Source: a virus. From it: 64,000 nt of DNA. Shown piece after piece: positions 27,654-37,076 of the stretch. Location: positions 3,003 to 67,002 of IMG/VR virus record IMGVR_UViG_3300046455_000317; one strand, written 5' to 3'. The number at the start of each line of letters is the position of its first letter. Positions within the stretch are counted from its first letter, which is position 1. Both the position numbers and the translations under genes were made by a program. Below the pieces are notes generated by a model that saw nothing but the letters and a program-made list of their open reading frames with translations, was not told the DNA's origin and made no database searches.

Positions 27654-29149
27654 ATCCAGCGTTCCGCGCGGCCATCTCTGGGCTCGTGAGTCGGCTGTCC
27701 CTCGACCAATCCGGCCAGACCTTTGGGGGCAGGCGCGACATCTACCGTTCTCTTGGGTACCGCCCAATCCTCAAGGCCCCAGACTATTGGGACCGCTACC
27801 GCCGTGGGGGCATCGCCAAGCGGATTGTCGAGACGTTCCCCAAGAGCACCTGGCGCGGTGGCGCGGAGTTGGTGGAGACGGAAGATGCCGAGACATCCAC
27901 GGCCTTCGAGATGGCGTGTGAGGAGTTGGATGACCGCCTGAAGCTCTGGCAGACCTTCCAACGTGCCGACATCCTTTGCGGCCTGGGGCATTACTCGGTC
28001 ATCCTCTTGGGCGCGCCTGGGCGATTCGAGGACCCACTAGAGAAGTGCCCGCCCGACCAACTGGCGTATCTGTCGAGCTTCCCAGAGCGAGACGTCACCA
28101 TCGACACGCTGGTAACCGTCCAAACGGACCCACGCTTTGGGTTCCCAGAGTTCTACACGATCAACTTCGCCAAAGGTGCGGTCACGCGTCCGGTGGGATT
28201 GTCCGAGCGGATCCACTGGAGCCGTATCATCCACGTCGTCGAAGGTGCGCTGGACCATCCGTTGTTTGGGCCGCCACGCCTAGAGGCGGTGTGGAACTAC
28301 CTCGATGACCTCACCAAGGTTGTTGGGGGCGGAAGCGAAGCGTTCTGGAAGCGCGTCGATGGGGGCAAGCAGATTAAGCTGGACCCCAACCTGCCGGTCC
28401 CGTCCCCAGAGGAGAAAGCGGCACTCCACGCCCAAATCGAGGAGTACACGAATGAACTTCGCCGGGTGCTTACCACCCGTGGGGTAGACATCCAAGACCT
28501 CGGCACCAGCGTTTCCTCCTTTGGGTCCCAAGTGGCGTCCATAATGGACTTGATTGCCGCGACGACTGGGATACCCCAACGGATTCTTATGGGGAGCGAG
28601 CGCGGTGAACTGGCGTCCACCGCCGACCAGTCGAATTACGATGACCGCGTGGAGGACCGGCGCAATGACTTCGCCAGTCCCGCCGTCGTGCGCCCGTTCA
28701 TCGACCGGCTCATCCAGCTTGGGACGCTCCCAGAGCCCACGGACTACTATGTGCGCTGGCCGGAGATCAAGAACCTGAATGACGCCCAGCGGATGCTGCT
28801 CGCGACTGGGGCCGCGGACCTCAACGCCAAGGCGGGTGAGACGATTGTAACCCCATCGGAGATTCGCGACAAGATTCTGGGCCTGGAGCCACTGTCCCCA
28901 GAGCAGATCAAGGAAGAACAAGCCAAGGCCATGGCGAAGGCGGATGCGGCGGCCAAACAGTTCGGCTTCCCCAAGCGCCCTGGGGCGCGCCCAGGCGATG
29001 TTGGGGCCGCGCCCAAGGCCGATGGGGAGCCGCCGCCCAAGGAACCCACGACGGCGAATGCTCTGAGCCTCTCCCTGGCGGCTGCCCTCGAAGCCGACAA
29101 CTTCATCCTCGCCCAAGACCTATTGGTGGAGGCGCTCAGTGCAGAGTGA
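27647..29149 (+). CDS. Portal protein (DUF1073-like)
   Basis: Follows TerL; GIAKRIVE, IHWSRII, AATTGIPQRILMGSERGELAS. Confidence 0.9.
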   Translation: MVDPAFRAAISGLVSRLSLDQSGQTFGGRRDIYRSLGYRPILKAPDYWDRYRRGGIAKRIVETFPKSTWRGGAELVETEDAETSTAFEMACEELDDRLKLWQTFQRADILCGLGHYSVILLGAPGRFEDPLEKCPPDQLAYLSSFPERDVTIDTLVTVQTDPRFGFPEFYTINFAKGAVTRPVGLSERIHWSRIIHVVEGALDHPLFGPPRLEAVWNYLDDLTKVVGGGSEAFWKRVDGGKQIKLDPNLPVPSPEEKAALHAQIEEYTNELRRVLTTRGVDIQDLGTSVSSFGSQVASIMDLIAATTGIPQRILMGSERGELASTADQSNYDDRVEDRRNDFASPAVVRPFIDRLIQLGTLPEPTDYYVRWPEIKNLNDAQRMLLATGAADLNAKAGETIVTPSEIRDKILGLEPLSPEQIKEEQAKAMAKADAAAKQFGFPKRPGARPGDVGAAPKADGEPPPKEPTTANALSLSLAAALEADNFILAQDLLVEALSAE

Positions 29150-29567
29150 TGCTGCCCTCGCCACCGCCCAGGCGCTTATGGGGAAAGTCGCCCAACTCCG
29201 CGACTTACGCGAGATGGCGACCCCAGGCTGGGAGCGTCTCCACCACGCGGCGGATCGGAACCGCCCAGCGCTGGAGAGGCACGTGGCTGCCGCGTTCGCC
29301 AAAGCGCTGTTCCGCCTTGGGCCGCTCCCAAGCGATGAAGTGGCCCTCGAAGTCCACATGGACGAACTGATGCAGGAACTGGAGCGCACCCTTCGCTATG
29401 GGCTCCAGGAGTTACTGCTGAAGACTTTGTATGACGGCGCGGATGCCGCCGCCCAAAGCCTGATGCGGTCGCCCATGATGCGAACGTCCCAGGGCTACTA
29501 CCGGCCCACCCTCGTGCTTCTGCGTGCAGCTATCGCCCATCGTGTCCCCAAGGAGTCCCATGTCTGA
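29139..29567 (+). CDS. Probable N-terminal half of MuF/gp7-like head morphogenesis protein
   Basis: Helical ORF directly after portal; the downstream MuF ORF lacks a normal N-terminus. Confidence 0.5.
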   Translation: MQSDAALATAQALMGKVAQLRDLREMATPGWERLHHAADRNRPALERHVAAAFAKALFRLGPLPSDEVALEVHMDELMQELERTLRYGLQELLLKTLYDGADAAAQSLMRSPMMRTSQGYYRPTLVLLRAAIAHRVPKESHV

Positions 29568-31050
29568 GGCGGAACAGTTCGTCACCGTCGCTATAACTGT
29601 CCGTGGAGCCGATGGGGTGCCCCTGGAGGGCGCACAATCGACGCTCAAGCTCGACACCTGGGAGAATCCCTTTGCCGCGTCTGGGTGGCGTCCCGCCTTC
29701 TCCATTCCCGCGTCACGTCTGGGGAACGGTGGGGACATGACCGTCGAAGCGGCTGGCTACGAGACACGCACCGCGCGAGTCATCACGCCGTTCCCAGAGG
29801 ACAATCTGGGAATCCGGGTGGCGAATGCTGCTTCCGAGCAGAAGCCCACGGCGCGTGAAGCCTACGATGTGATGGACCAAGAGTTCATCGTCCAGTTCGA
29901 GGGTACAGATCCGGTTGACCCTGTAGACCCGGTGGACCCGCCCAGCCCCATCGACCTGCTCCCCATATGGGTAGATGGTAAGTGGTTCCGCACCTCGGAT
30001 GGCGTCCCATGGACCCAGATCGGGTGCTCGGATTTCCGCCTGTTGGAGCGTTTCCTTCGTGGGGAGGACATCGGCCAGGTCTTGGCGGAACGGGCGAACA
30101 TCGGCTTCAATCAACTGCGCGTGTTCGCCATGTGCGACCTGATGTTCCACCTGTATCCCCAGGAGCACGCCGACTATCCCCAACGGCTCCGCCAGTTCCT
30201 CGAAATCGTCGCGGACTATGGGCTGCGCGTTGAGCTGACGGTCTTGGTAGACGCCACGCGGGTGATGCCCGATACCGGCTCCCAACAGATCTTCTTCAAC
30301 CAAGTGGTCGATGTCGTCCGTGGGATGCCCCACGTGTTCCTGGAACTGGTGAACGAAAACGACCAGACGATCAACCGTATCAATCCTGACGCATTCTCCC
30401 AGCCAGAAGGCATCATCTCCTCCCACGGCTCCAAAGGCGTGGTGGATGCCGCGGCGGAGCCAGTCTGCGTGACGCCAATCTGGTCGTATGGGACGTTGCA
30501 CCCGTCCCGTCCGCCAGATTGGCCACGCCTGGGCGGGCACAATACCATGGAGGACGTGTCGGACAAGCATGGGACGGCCGGCACCGACAACGAGTCGTGC
30601 CGCCCAGACCAAGGTCGTGGTCCTATCCCGTCAGACTGGTTCGATGCCGCTGGGAACATCGCGCTACTCTGTGCGGGTGGGACCATGCACTCCCAATGTG
30701 GGAAGGATTCACGCCCATTCGACGCCACCGAGCGCCCATGCGCCGAAGCTTGGGTCAAAGGCGCCAAGGTTGTCTCCCTCGACTACCAGCGCGGTGCCTA
30801 TATCGCCGGTCACCTTTCCGGCTACCCCATAAACTGGGCGCCAGGTGACTCCGCGCGAGCCCATGGGCGCTTAGTGGGGAATCGGGCGTGCTGCTCGCTG
30901 CCTCAGATGCGCGATGGGTATACCCCAACGGCTCGCCCTGGGTGGAGAATCACGAAACAGAACGGCTCCATCGTCGAATTGGAAGGCACGGCCAGAGCCG
31001 CGCTGGACCTGATGAAGCAACACACGGCGATGACTTCGACGGCTGACTAA
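29560..31050 (+). CDS. Ig/transthyretin-like domain + DPV linker + clan GH-A-like TIM-barrel glycoside hydrolase
   Basis: GVPLEGA..TVEAAGY; TDPVDPVDPVDPP; VDGKWF, GFNQLRVF, ELVNE (acid/base), DNE (nucleophile candidate). Confidence 0.65.
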   Translation: MSEAEQFVTVAITVRGADGVPLEGAQSTLKLDTWENPFAASGWRPAFSIPASRLGNGGDMTVEAAGYETRTARVITPFPEDNLGIRVANAASEQKPTAREAYDVMDQEFIVQFEGTDPVDPVDPVDPPSPIDLLPIWVDGKWFRTSDGVPWTQIGCSDFRLLERFLRGEDIGQVLAERANIGFNQLRVFAMCDLMFHLYPQEHADYPQRLRQFLEIVADYGLRVELTVLVDATRVMPDTGSQQIFFNQVVDVVRGMPHVFLELVNENDQTINRINPDAFSQPEGIISSHGSKGVVDAAAEPVCVTPIWSYGTLHPSRPPDWPRLGGHNTMEDVSDKHGTAGTDNESCRPDQGRGPIPSDWFDAAGNIALLCAGGTMHSQCGKDSRPFDATERPCAEAWVKGAKVVSLDYQRGAYIAGHLSGYPINWAPGDSARAHGRLVGNRACCSLPQMRDGYTPTARPGWRITKQNGSIVELEGTARAALDLMKQHTAMTSTAD

Positions 31051-31052
31051 CC

Positions 31053-31517
31053 ATGCCCCACCTTGGGTATCGCTTTGACCGCGTCAATCCTGCGGCCGTG
31101 GCTTGGGCGAAAGAACACGCGGGTGAGCTGGTCGAGGGCATTGCCGCGACCACGCGTGACTCGATTCGCGACACGATTACTGGGCTGCTCGAAGGCGACA
31201 TCACTTGGGCGCAGGCACGCCAGGAACTGACGGACCTCTTTGGGGAAGCACGCGTTAAGACCATCGCCCATACGGAAGCGATGGCCGCTGCCAACGAGGG
31301 TCAGAAGCAGCTATGGGAGCAGGCGGCCAAAGACGGGTATCTCACCGGCAAAGAGTCGATGATCTGGATCGTGACCCCAGATGACCGGCTCTGCGACATT
31401 TGCGAAGGCTTGGAGGATATGGTTGTTCCTCTGGGAGAATCGTTCCCAGAAGGCGGGCCACCCGCCCATCCGAACTGCCGTTGTACGATTGGGCTAGTCC
31501 CAGGGAGTACCAAGTAG
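31053..31517 (+). CDS. MuF/SPP1 gp7-like head morphogenesis protein, C-terminal part
   Basis: FDRVNPAAVAWA, TIAHTE, W..TPDDRLCDIC, PPAHPNCRC. Confidence 0.88.
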   Translation: MPHLGYRFDRVNPAAVAWAKEHAGELVEGIAATTRDSIRDTITGLLEGDITWAQARQELTDLFGEARVKTIAHTEAMAAANEGQKQLWEQAAKDGYLTGKESMIWIVTPDDRLCDICEGLEDMVVPLGESFPEGGPPAHPNCRCTIGLVPGSTK

Positions 31518-33103
31518 TGGGAACCGAAACACGCGCCGTCCATCTCGTGGGAGCCGCTGGAAAGATCCGGACAGCGGAATACCAGGGACGAACCCACGTT
31601 GTGATGGGCGTGACCGCCCTCGTGGAAGGTGTCCTCCACGCCGTCAACTCCGAGGTCCCAGAACTGGTCTTGGCCGAGGAGTTCACCATCTCCGCCCCAA
31701 GCTGGAATGGGCGGCCGGTGATGTTGGACCACCCGGAGGTCAAGGGCCAGAAGGTATCGGCCAACCATCCCAGGATTCTGGAAGAGTTCTCCATGGGGCA
31801 GGTGTTTAACACCGAGGTCCGCGATGAGGCGCTTACCATGGAGGCCTGGATCGACACCGCCAGGGTGGTGGGTATGGGCGGAGACGCCCAGCGAACCCTG
31901 GAGCGAATCCAGGCCGCAGACCCCAAAGACCCCATCGAGGTGTCGGTTGGGGTGTATATGGTCTCTGAGGAAACCAAGGGCACCAAGGACGGAAAGCCCT
32001 ACAAGGCCATCTGGCGACACATTACCCCAGACCATCTCGCCCTCCTCCCAGAAGGGAAAGTGGGCGCGTGCAGTGTCGAGATGGGATGCGGGACACGGTA
32101 TCTGGCCACCGCCCAAGGCTATCAGGAGGTTGGAATGAGCGAGAAGCCCAAGACGCTTTGGGACCGTCTCAAGGCATTGGTGAAAGGCGACACGTCCCCA
32201 AGCGATGCCGCGATACGTGTCGCCATCAGTGAGACGGAGAGCGACCAGGACCAGCGGATTGCCCTCGATGCGCTCCTCCGGAATGTGGAGCCTAGTGCGT
32301 ATGGGATCACGGCGGTGTATTCTGACCGCGTGGTCTACGCCTGTATGGCGCCTGGGGGCGACACGTGCTACTACCAGCGAACCTACTCTGGCGATGCTAC
32401 CGCTGGGTATGCGTTGGGCGATACGCGAACTGAAGTGGAGCAAGTCACGACATTCGAGCCTGTGGGAGAGCCCAAACAAGTAACCGCAGCGGCCGACTGC
32501 CGCTGCCACGAAGGAGAACCAGATATGACGAAGGCTGATCGTATCAAGGCGCTGTTGGCGCTTCCCAACAACCCGGTCAAGGACCAGAAGGTGTTGGAAG
32601 CGGCACCCGATGACGTCTTGAAGACCCTCGAAGACCACGCGGCCACGCTCGATGCCGCCCAGAAGACCGCCAAGGACGCAGCGGACAAGGCGGCCAAGGA
32701 AGCGGCTGACGCGGCAGCGGTCCAGGCCGCGACTCTGGCGGCAGCGGCAGCGGCTCCCAAGGAACTCAGCGAGGAGGAGTTCATGAAGGCGGCACCGGCT
32801 CCGCTCCGGACGATGCTCCAGCGCCACAAGGATGCCGACGCCAAGGCCCACGCCGCTCTGGTGACGTCGCTGAAGACGGCCCAGAAGGTTCACAACGAAG
32901 ACGCGCTCAAGGCCAAGACCTTGGAGCAGTTGGAGGAAATCGCCGCGCTGCTCCAGATGCCGCCGGTGGACTACTCGCTGCGCGCTGTCCCACGTGCGGC
33001 GGAAGCGACCACCGATGGGGAGTACAAGTCCCAGCCGCCACCGGACGGCTACAAGCTGGCGCTCGAAAAGCGCGCAGCGGCAGCGGCCCAGGCGCGGCAC
33101 TAG
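31517..33103 (+). CDS. Capsid maturation protease-scaffold (DUF2213-like)
   Basis: WNGRPVMLDHP, EVSVG, PDHLALLP..GACS..GCG; Ala-rich coiled-coil C-terminus. Confidence 0.85.
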   Translation: MGTETRAVHLVGAAGKIRTAEYQGRTHVVMGVTALVEGVLHAVNSEVPELVLAEEFTISAPSWNGRPVMLDHPEVKGQKVSANHPRILEEFSMGQVFNTEVRDEALTMEAWIDTARVVGMGGDAQRTLERIQAADPKDPIEVSVGVYMVSEETKGTKDGKPYKAIWRHITPDHLALLPEGKVGACSVEMGCGTRYLATAQGYQEVGMSEKPKTLWDRLKALVKGDTSPSDAAIRVAISETESDQDQRIALDALLRNVEPSAYGITAVYSDRVVYACMAPGGDTCYYQRTYSGDATAGYALGDTRTEVEQVTTFEPVGEPKQVTAAADCRCHEGEPDMTKADRIKALLALPNNPVKDQKVLEAAPDDVLKTLEDHAATLDAAQKTAKDAADKAAKEAADAAAVQAATLAAAAAAPKELSEEEFMKAAPAPLRTMLQRHKDADAKAHAALVTSLKTAQKVHNEDALKAKTLEQLEEIAALLQMPPVDYSLRAVPRAAEATTDGEYKSQPPPDGYKLALEKRAAAAAQARH

Positions 33104-33244
33104 GATTGACGCCCTCATCCGCCAGACTTGCCTCATTGGGTCTGGGACCGGGATGCACGGTGCACCGTGTAGGTGGGATAAAAACACCTGGGGCGATACC
33201 AGACACGACCAGTTCTCGGATTCACTGAAAGGATAGGTGTAGGT

Positions 33245-33712
33245 ATGGCCATCACGAAGTATCCACCGCGCACGGTGTTGCTCGGTGGGCCCGATGGCGG
33301 TCACGCGGTGATCGTCAATGACCTGAACGCTGGGGAGGATATCATCCCTGGCGCTCTGGTGAAGCGGGTGCAGAAGTCTCCTGGGGTTCCGGTCTTCAAG
33401 AAGCACTCGTCAGCGGCCGCCACCGTGGCGTCGAAGGCCGTGGCGCTGAACGCTTCGATGCTGAACCGCGATTGCAACACCCCATACGTCTCTGGGGAAC
33501 TCATCGAGGTCGGCATCCTGTCGCCTGGGGCGACTGCATGGATGTTGATTGCATCGGGCGCACCGGCCGTCGTGGCGGGTGACTCGCTCGAATCGGCTGG
33601 TGACGGCACGCTCCGAAAGGGCAACGCTGCGCTCTTCATCGCGGTGGAAGACACGGACAACAGCACGGGAGCGCTGGGCGCACCTGGGCGTATCAAGGCG
33701 GAGGCAATCTAA
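33245..33712 (+). CDS. Head decoration/cement protein
   Basis: Between scaffold and MCP; AGEDIIPGALV, GDSLESAGDGTLR. Confidence 0.75.
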   Translation: MAITKYPPRTVLLGGPDGGHAVIVNDLNAGEDIIPGALVKRVQKSPGVPVFKKHSSAAATVASKAVALNASMLNRDCNTPYVSGELIEVGILSPGATAWMLIASGAPAVVAGDSLESAGDGTLRKGNAALFIAVEDTDNSTGALGAPGRIKAEAI

Positions 33713-33713
33713 C

Positions 33714-34709
33714 ATGGCTATCGAACGTGCCTATGCTGGAGCCTCCAACGCCATGGCGTTTCGGCTCCTCAATTCTGGGCTCAGCGTCCCAGAGCTTCGT
33801 GCGGCGTCACCTCTCCCAGACAACGCCCAGCGCATCGTCGATCAGACGGTCGCTGAAGTGGGTCTGGAGCGGTTGGTCGTCGCTGGCGATATCATCGCCG
33901 CTGGGCTGACCTTCCCGCTGACTGACCCACTGTCGGTCATGGAAGTCGCCTGGGAATCGGTCTCCAAGACGGGTGGGGCGCAGCGCACGATGAACCCATC
34001 GGCTCGTGGAGAGAACCAGCTGCCGGACCGCAAGATGGCGACCATCCCGGTCTATCTCACGACTGACGACTTCAGCATGGGAATCCGCACGCTGAAGATG
34101 TCGGAGCGCGTGGGGATGCCGCTGGATACCACCCTCGTGGCGTCGGCCACCCGGCGTGTCAACGAAGCCATCGAAGACGCGACCATCAACGGTGCCGGCA
34201 TCACCATCGGCGCTGGGAAGACGCCTGGGCTCCTGAATGCGCCCAACGCCAACCAGTACCAGCTGACCGCCGATTGGACCGGCGCCAACGTCATCGGGAC
34301 CACGGGACCGGCGATGGTGAACGACATCCTCAACATGGTGGGAATCGAGCAGGCCGATAAGCACTTTGGGCCTTACACCGTGTATGTCGGCACCAAGGCC
34401 GGTCTGGGCGTCTCTGGGGACTACAAAGCCAACACGACCGACACGATCCTGAATCGGATTCTCCAGATTCCGGGCATCGCGGCGGTGAAGGTGGCGGACC
34501 AGTTCCCGAACAACCCCACCGGACCCCAGGTGGCGATGGTGCAGCTCACCTCTGACGTGGTCGACATGATTACCGGCCAGGCGCCCACGGTCATCCCGTG
34601 GACGTCCAACGACGGCTTCACGCTGTTCTGGCTCGTCATGGCGATCATGATTCCGCGTTTCCGCGCGGACTACGATGGCAATTCTGGGATTGTCATTGGG
34701 AACAAGTAG
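33714..34709 (+). CDS. Major capsid protein (HK97 fold, encapsulin-like family)
   Basis: Position, size, strong codon bias; DFSMGIRTL..PLDTT..ATRRVNEAIE..GLLNAPN. Confidence 0.88.
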   Translation: MAIERAYAGASNAMAFRLLNSGLSVPELRAASPLPDNAQRIVDQTVAEVGLERLVVAGDIIAAGLTFPLTDPLSVMEVAWESVSKTGGAQRTMNPSARGENQLPDRKMATIPVYLTTDDFSMGIRTLKMSERVGMPLDTTLVASATRRVNEAIEDATINGAGITIGAGKTPGLLNAPNANQYQLTADWTGANVIGTTGPAMVNDILNMVGIEQADKHFGPYTVYVGTKAGLGVSGDYKANTTDTILNRILQIPGIAAVKVADQFPNNPTGPQVAMVQLTSDVVDMITGQAPTVIPWTSNDGFTLFWLVMAIMIPRFRADYDGNSGIVIGNK

Positions 34710-34788
34710 CACGGCCCGGTGACAGTGGGTGGTCCGCGTGGGTGGTTAGTCCTCTTTCCATCCACGCGGAATCACTTGGGAGAGACCC

Positions 34789-34971
34789 ATGGGATTGATT
34801 GACCTCGTCATTGTCCTCATCGTCGTCGGAGTCCTACTCTGGCTCGTGGAGACGCAGCTTCCCATCGCCCAACCCATCAAGTCGATCATCCGTGTGGTCG
34901 TCATTGTCGTCGTGGTTCTTTGGCTCCTCCGCGCGTTCGTTGGGGACATCCCAGTCGTGCGAATCCGATGA
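34789..34971 (+). CDS. Small two-TM membrane protein (Thivi_2564-like); possible holin
   Basis: LIVVGVLLWLV..PIAQPIKSII.VVVIVVVVLWLL. Confidence 0.7.
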   Translation: MGLIDLVIVLIVVGVLLWLVETQLPIAQPIKSIIRVVVIVVVVLWLLRAFVGDIPVVRIR

Positions 34972-35153
34972 CGAAATTGGACGTTCAAGGAACAACTGGG
35001 GGCAAGGCAACGGTGGAAACCGTTGCCCCCAAACGTGAATTCGATAAGCGGACGATCTTTGTCCCCCAGGAGAGTCCCCAGGGATTCTTCCGGACCTCAG
35101 ACAAGCAGGCGTATCGTCGTGGGAAGAATGGCGTGATTCGGAAGGTGAAGTGA
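34968..35153 (+). CDS. Small basic hypothetical protein
   Basis: ATGA overlaps on both sides. Confidence 0.5.
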   Translation: MTKLDVQGTTGGKATVETVAPKREFDKRTIFVPQESPQGFFRTSDKQAYRRGKNGVIRKVK

Positions 35154-36163
35154 TGCCTCTGGTAACGACACCGGGTGCTCCTGACGCCAACTCATATGCA
35201 TCGGTCGCTGAGGCGGATGCGTACAACGCGGCCAGACCCTTTGGGACGGCGTGGGCGGCTCTCACCCAAGCCCAGAAGGAGGGTGCGCTGCAATATGCGT
35301 TGCTCCTCCTCGATGCGTCTTTCCAGTGGACGGGCCAGGCGACTGGCGCGGTGGCCGTCGGGACTCAAGCGGCTCCCACGCCCAGAGACGTTTTCATGTA
35401 CCAGTATCGGTACAGCGACAAGAATACCACGCCGCCTGGGTCCGGGCAGTTCCAGATCAACGGCGACAATGTCTACCCATATGTGGGCGTCACGACGATT
35501 GAGTTCCATATCCTGACGGATGATGGGGTGGATATCCGGACGTGGCTGTCGTCTTTCCCCATCGGAACAATCATCTACGCCCAAGACCAGAACGATGGGA
35601 CACGCTTCGTCCGGTTCCAGACGACGGCGGTGGGAGTCGAAACGGCGACAACGGTTCAATTGGCGGTCACCATCCTGAGTATCGGCGCGTTTGGGCTGAT
35701 TAACAATCAGGCGTGCGAGATCGCGTTCATCATGCAAGACCCAGACGGCGGTGGGCCGGGCCCAGGCCCAGGCGAACCCAACCCCAAGCAGGTGCTTTGT
35801 TGGCCGCGTGTGGGGATGTTTACGCGGAATGGGACGCCCATCGACTCGATGGTGCTGCCGTTTGAGCTGCGCGCCGCTCAGTGCGAGTATGCCCGCCAAG
35901 CGGCCACGACGGATCTCACGGCGGACAATGAGGCCGCCAAGCAAGGGCTGAAATCGGTCAAGGCCGGTTCGGTGGCCGTGGAGTTCCACCCACGAGACGC
36001 CGCGACTGGGATCGCTATGGCGAGTTCGGATTATGCCTATCTGGGCGCGTCTGTCCCGGCGGCAGTCCGGATTCTGCTTGTACCCTCGTGGTATACACAA
36101 CAGCGACCGCTCCTGGCCGCTTTGGGAGCGCGCAGTGGATTCGTCTTTGAGGCCCAGCGATGA
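35150..36163 (+). CDS. Head-tail adaptor (DnaT-like family) with internal inserted domain
   Basis: ANSYASVAEADAY ... Q.L.WPR ... AAQCEYA ... KSVKAGSVAVEF; about 140 extra aa in the middle. Confidence 0.8.
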   Translation: MMPLVTTPGAPDANSYASVAEADAYNAARPFGTAWAALTQAQKEGALQYALLLLDASFQWTGQATGAVAVGTQAAPTPRDVFMYQYRYSDKNTTPPGSGQFQINGDNVYPYVGVTTIEFHILTDDGVDIRTWLSSFPIGTIIYAQDQNDGTRFVRFQTTAVGVETATTVQLAVTILSIGAFGLINNQACEIAFIMQDPDGGGPGPGPGEPNPKQVLCWPRVGMFTRNGTPIDSMVLPFELRAAQCEYARQAATTDLTADNEAAKQGLKSVKAGSVAVEFHPRDAATGIAMASSDYAYLGASVPAAVRILLVPSWYTQQRPLLAALGARSGFVFEAQR

Positions 36164-36549
36164 GTCTCCTCGATGTCCTCCGCTCTGGGGTTGCCGTGGC
36201 GGACTCAATTCTGAAGCCACTTCAGGCTGACGTTTCAGTGGAGCGTTATCTGGGGACAGACGGCTATGGGACGGATCTATGGGCCCCAGCTGTGTTGATG
36301 AAGGCTCTGGTTGATTACACGACTCGTGCCCCAGACACGTATAGTGGCGACCCATTCGTGAAAGTTATTCTCACGTTCATCGACATCAACGAGATGGTCG
36401 CCAAGACGGATGGGAAGGGCATCAACGACCAAGACAAGATTACGCTCCCAGACGGAGTCACCGGGCCGATTCTCAACTTGGCGGGATTCATGGACGCCGG
36501 CACGGGCAGGCTCCTCGCCACTGAGGTCTTCTTGGGTGGGTCTGACTGA
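36160..36549 (+). CDS. Head-closure/neck protein
   Basis: Position; GTDGYG, DKITLPDG. Confidence 0.65.
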   Translation: MSLLDVLRSGVAVADSILKPLQADVSVERYLGTDGYGTDLWAPAVLMKALVDYTTRAPDTYSGDPFVKVILTFIDINEMVAKTDGKGINDQDKITLPDGVTGPILNLAGFMDAGTGRLLATEVFLGGSD

Positions 36550-37076
36550 TGGGGACAATCTCCGGCAGGTCGCCGCACCATAAGGTCTTGGGAGAGTTGG
36601 CGCGCGAAGCGGTTTCATATCTTGAAGTTGGCGTCCAAGATGGGGACTCGGTGGCGGCAGTCGTCAATCAAAATCCGAGGATTGCTCTCACGCTGTGCGA
36701 TACTTGGGGACCGCATCATGGGGGAACTGATCGAAAGTCGCATAGCCATGTTGAGGAACGGCTCGTTGGGATGGGCCACGAAGGGTCACGAGTCTACTTG
36801 GATGGATCGTCCCACGATCTCATCCCAAAGCTTCCCAAGGGCGGGTTTGACCTCGTCCACATCGATGCCGACCACTCCTTTGAGGGTTGCAAAGCGGACC
36901 TCAGGAACTGTTGGCCCTTGACCAACAAATTCTTAGTCGTCCACGACATCTTCTTTCGTGAAGTGCGAGACGCGGTGTTCCAGTTCCTCGAATGGAATAT
37001 GCCGGACATCGCCGCCATCGTGATGTCGGCCTACGACCATGGGACAATCGTCATCGAAAGGTTTGGGAGAGCCTGA
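36549..37076 (+). CDS. Class I SAM methyltransferase (Methyltransf_24-like)
   Basis: YLEVGVQDGDS, FDLVHIDADHS, LVVHD. Confidence 0.88.
   Translation: MGTISGRSPHHKVLGELAREAVSYLEVGVQDGDSVAAVVNQNPRIALTLCDTWGPHHGGTDRKSHSHVEERLVGMGHEGSRVYLDGSSHDLIPKLPKGGFDLVHIDADHSFEGCKADLRNCWPLTNKFLVVHDIFFREVRDAVFQFLEWNMPDIAAIVMSAYDHGTIVIERFGRA

Noticed and set aside
31301-33406. 701-aa minus-strand ORF (also 49599-51272, 37031-38281, 22975-24069)
   Set aside because: Antisense to protease/scaffold, rSAM, GT and primase genes; no motifs of their own.
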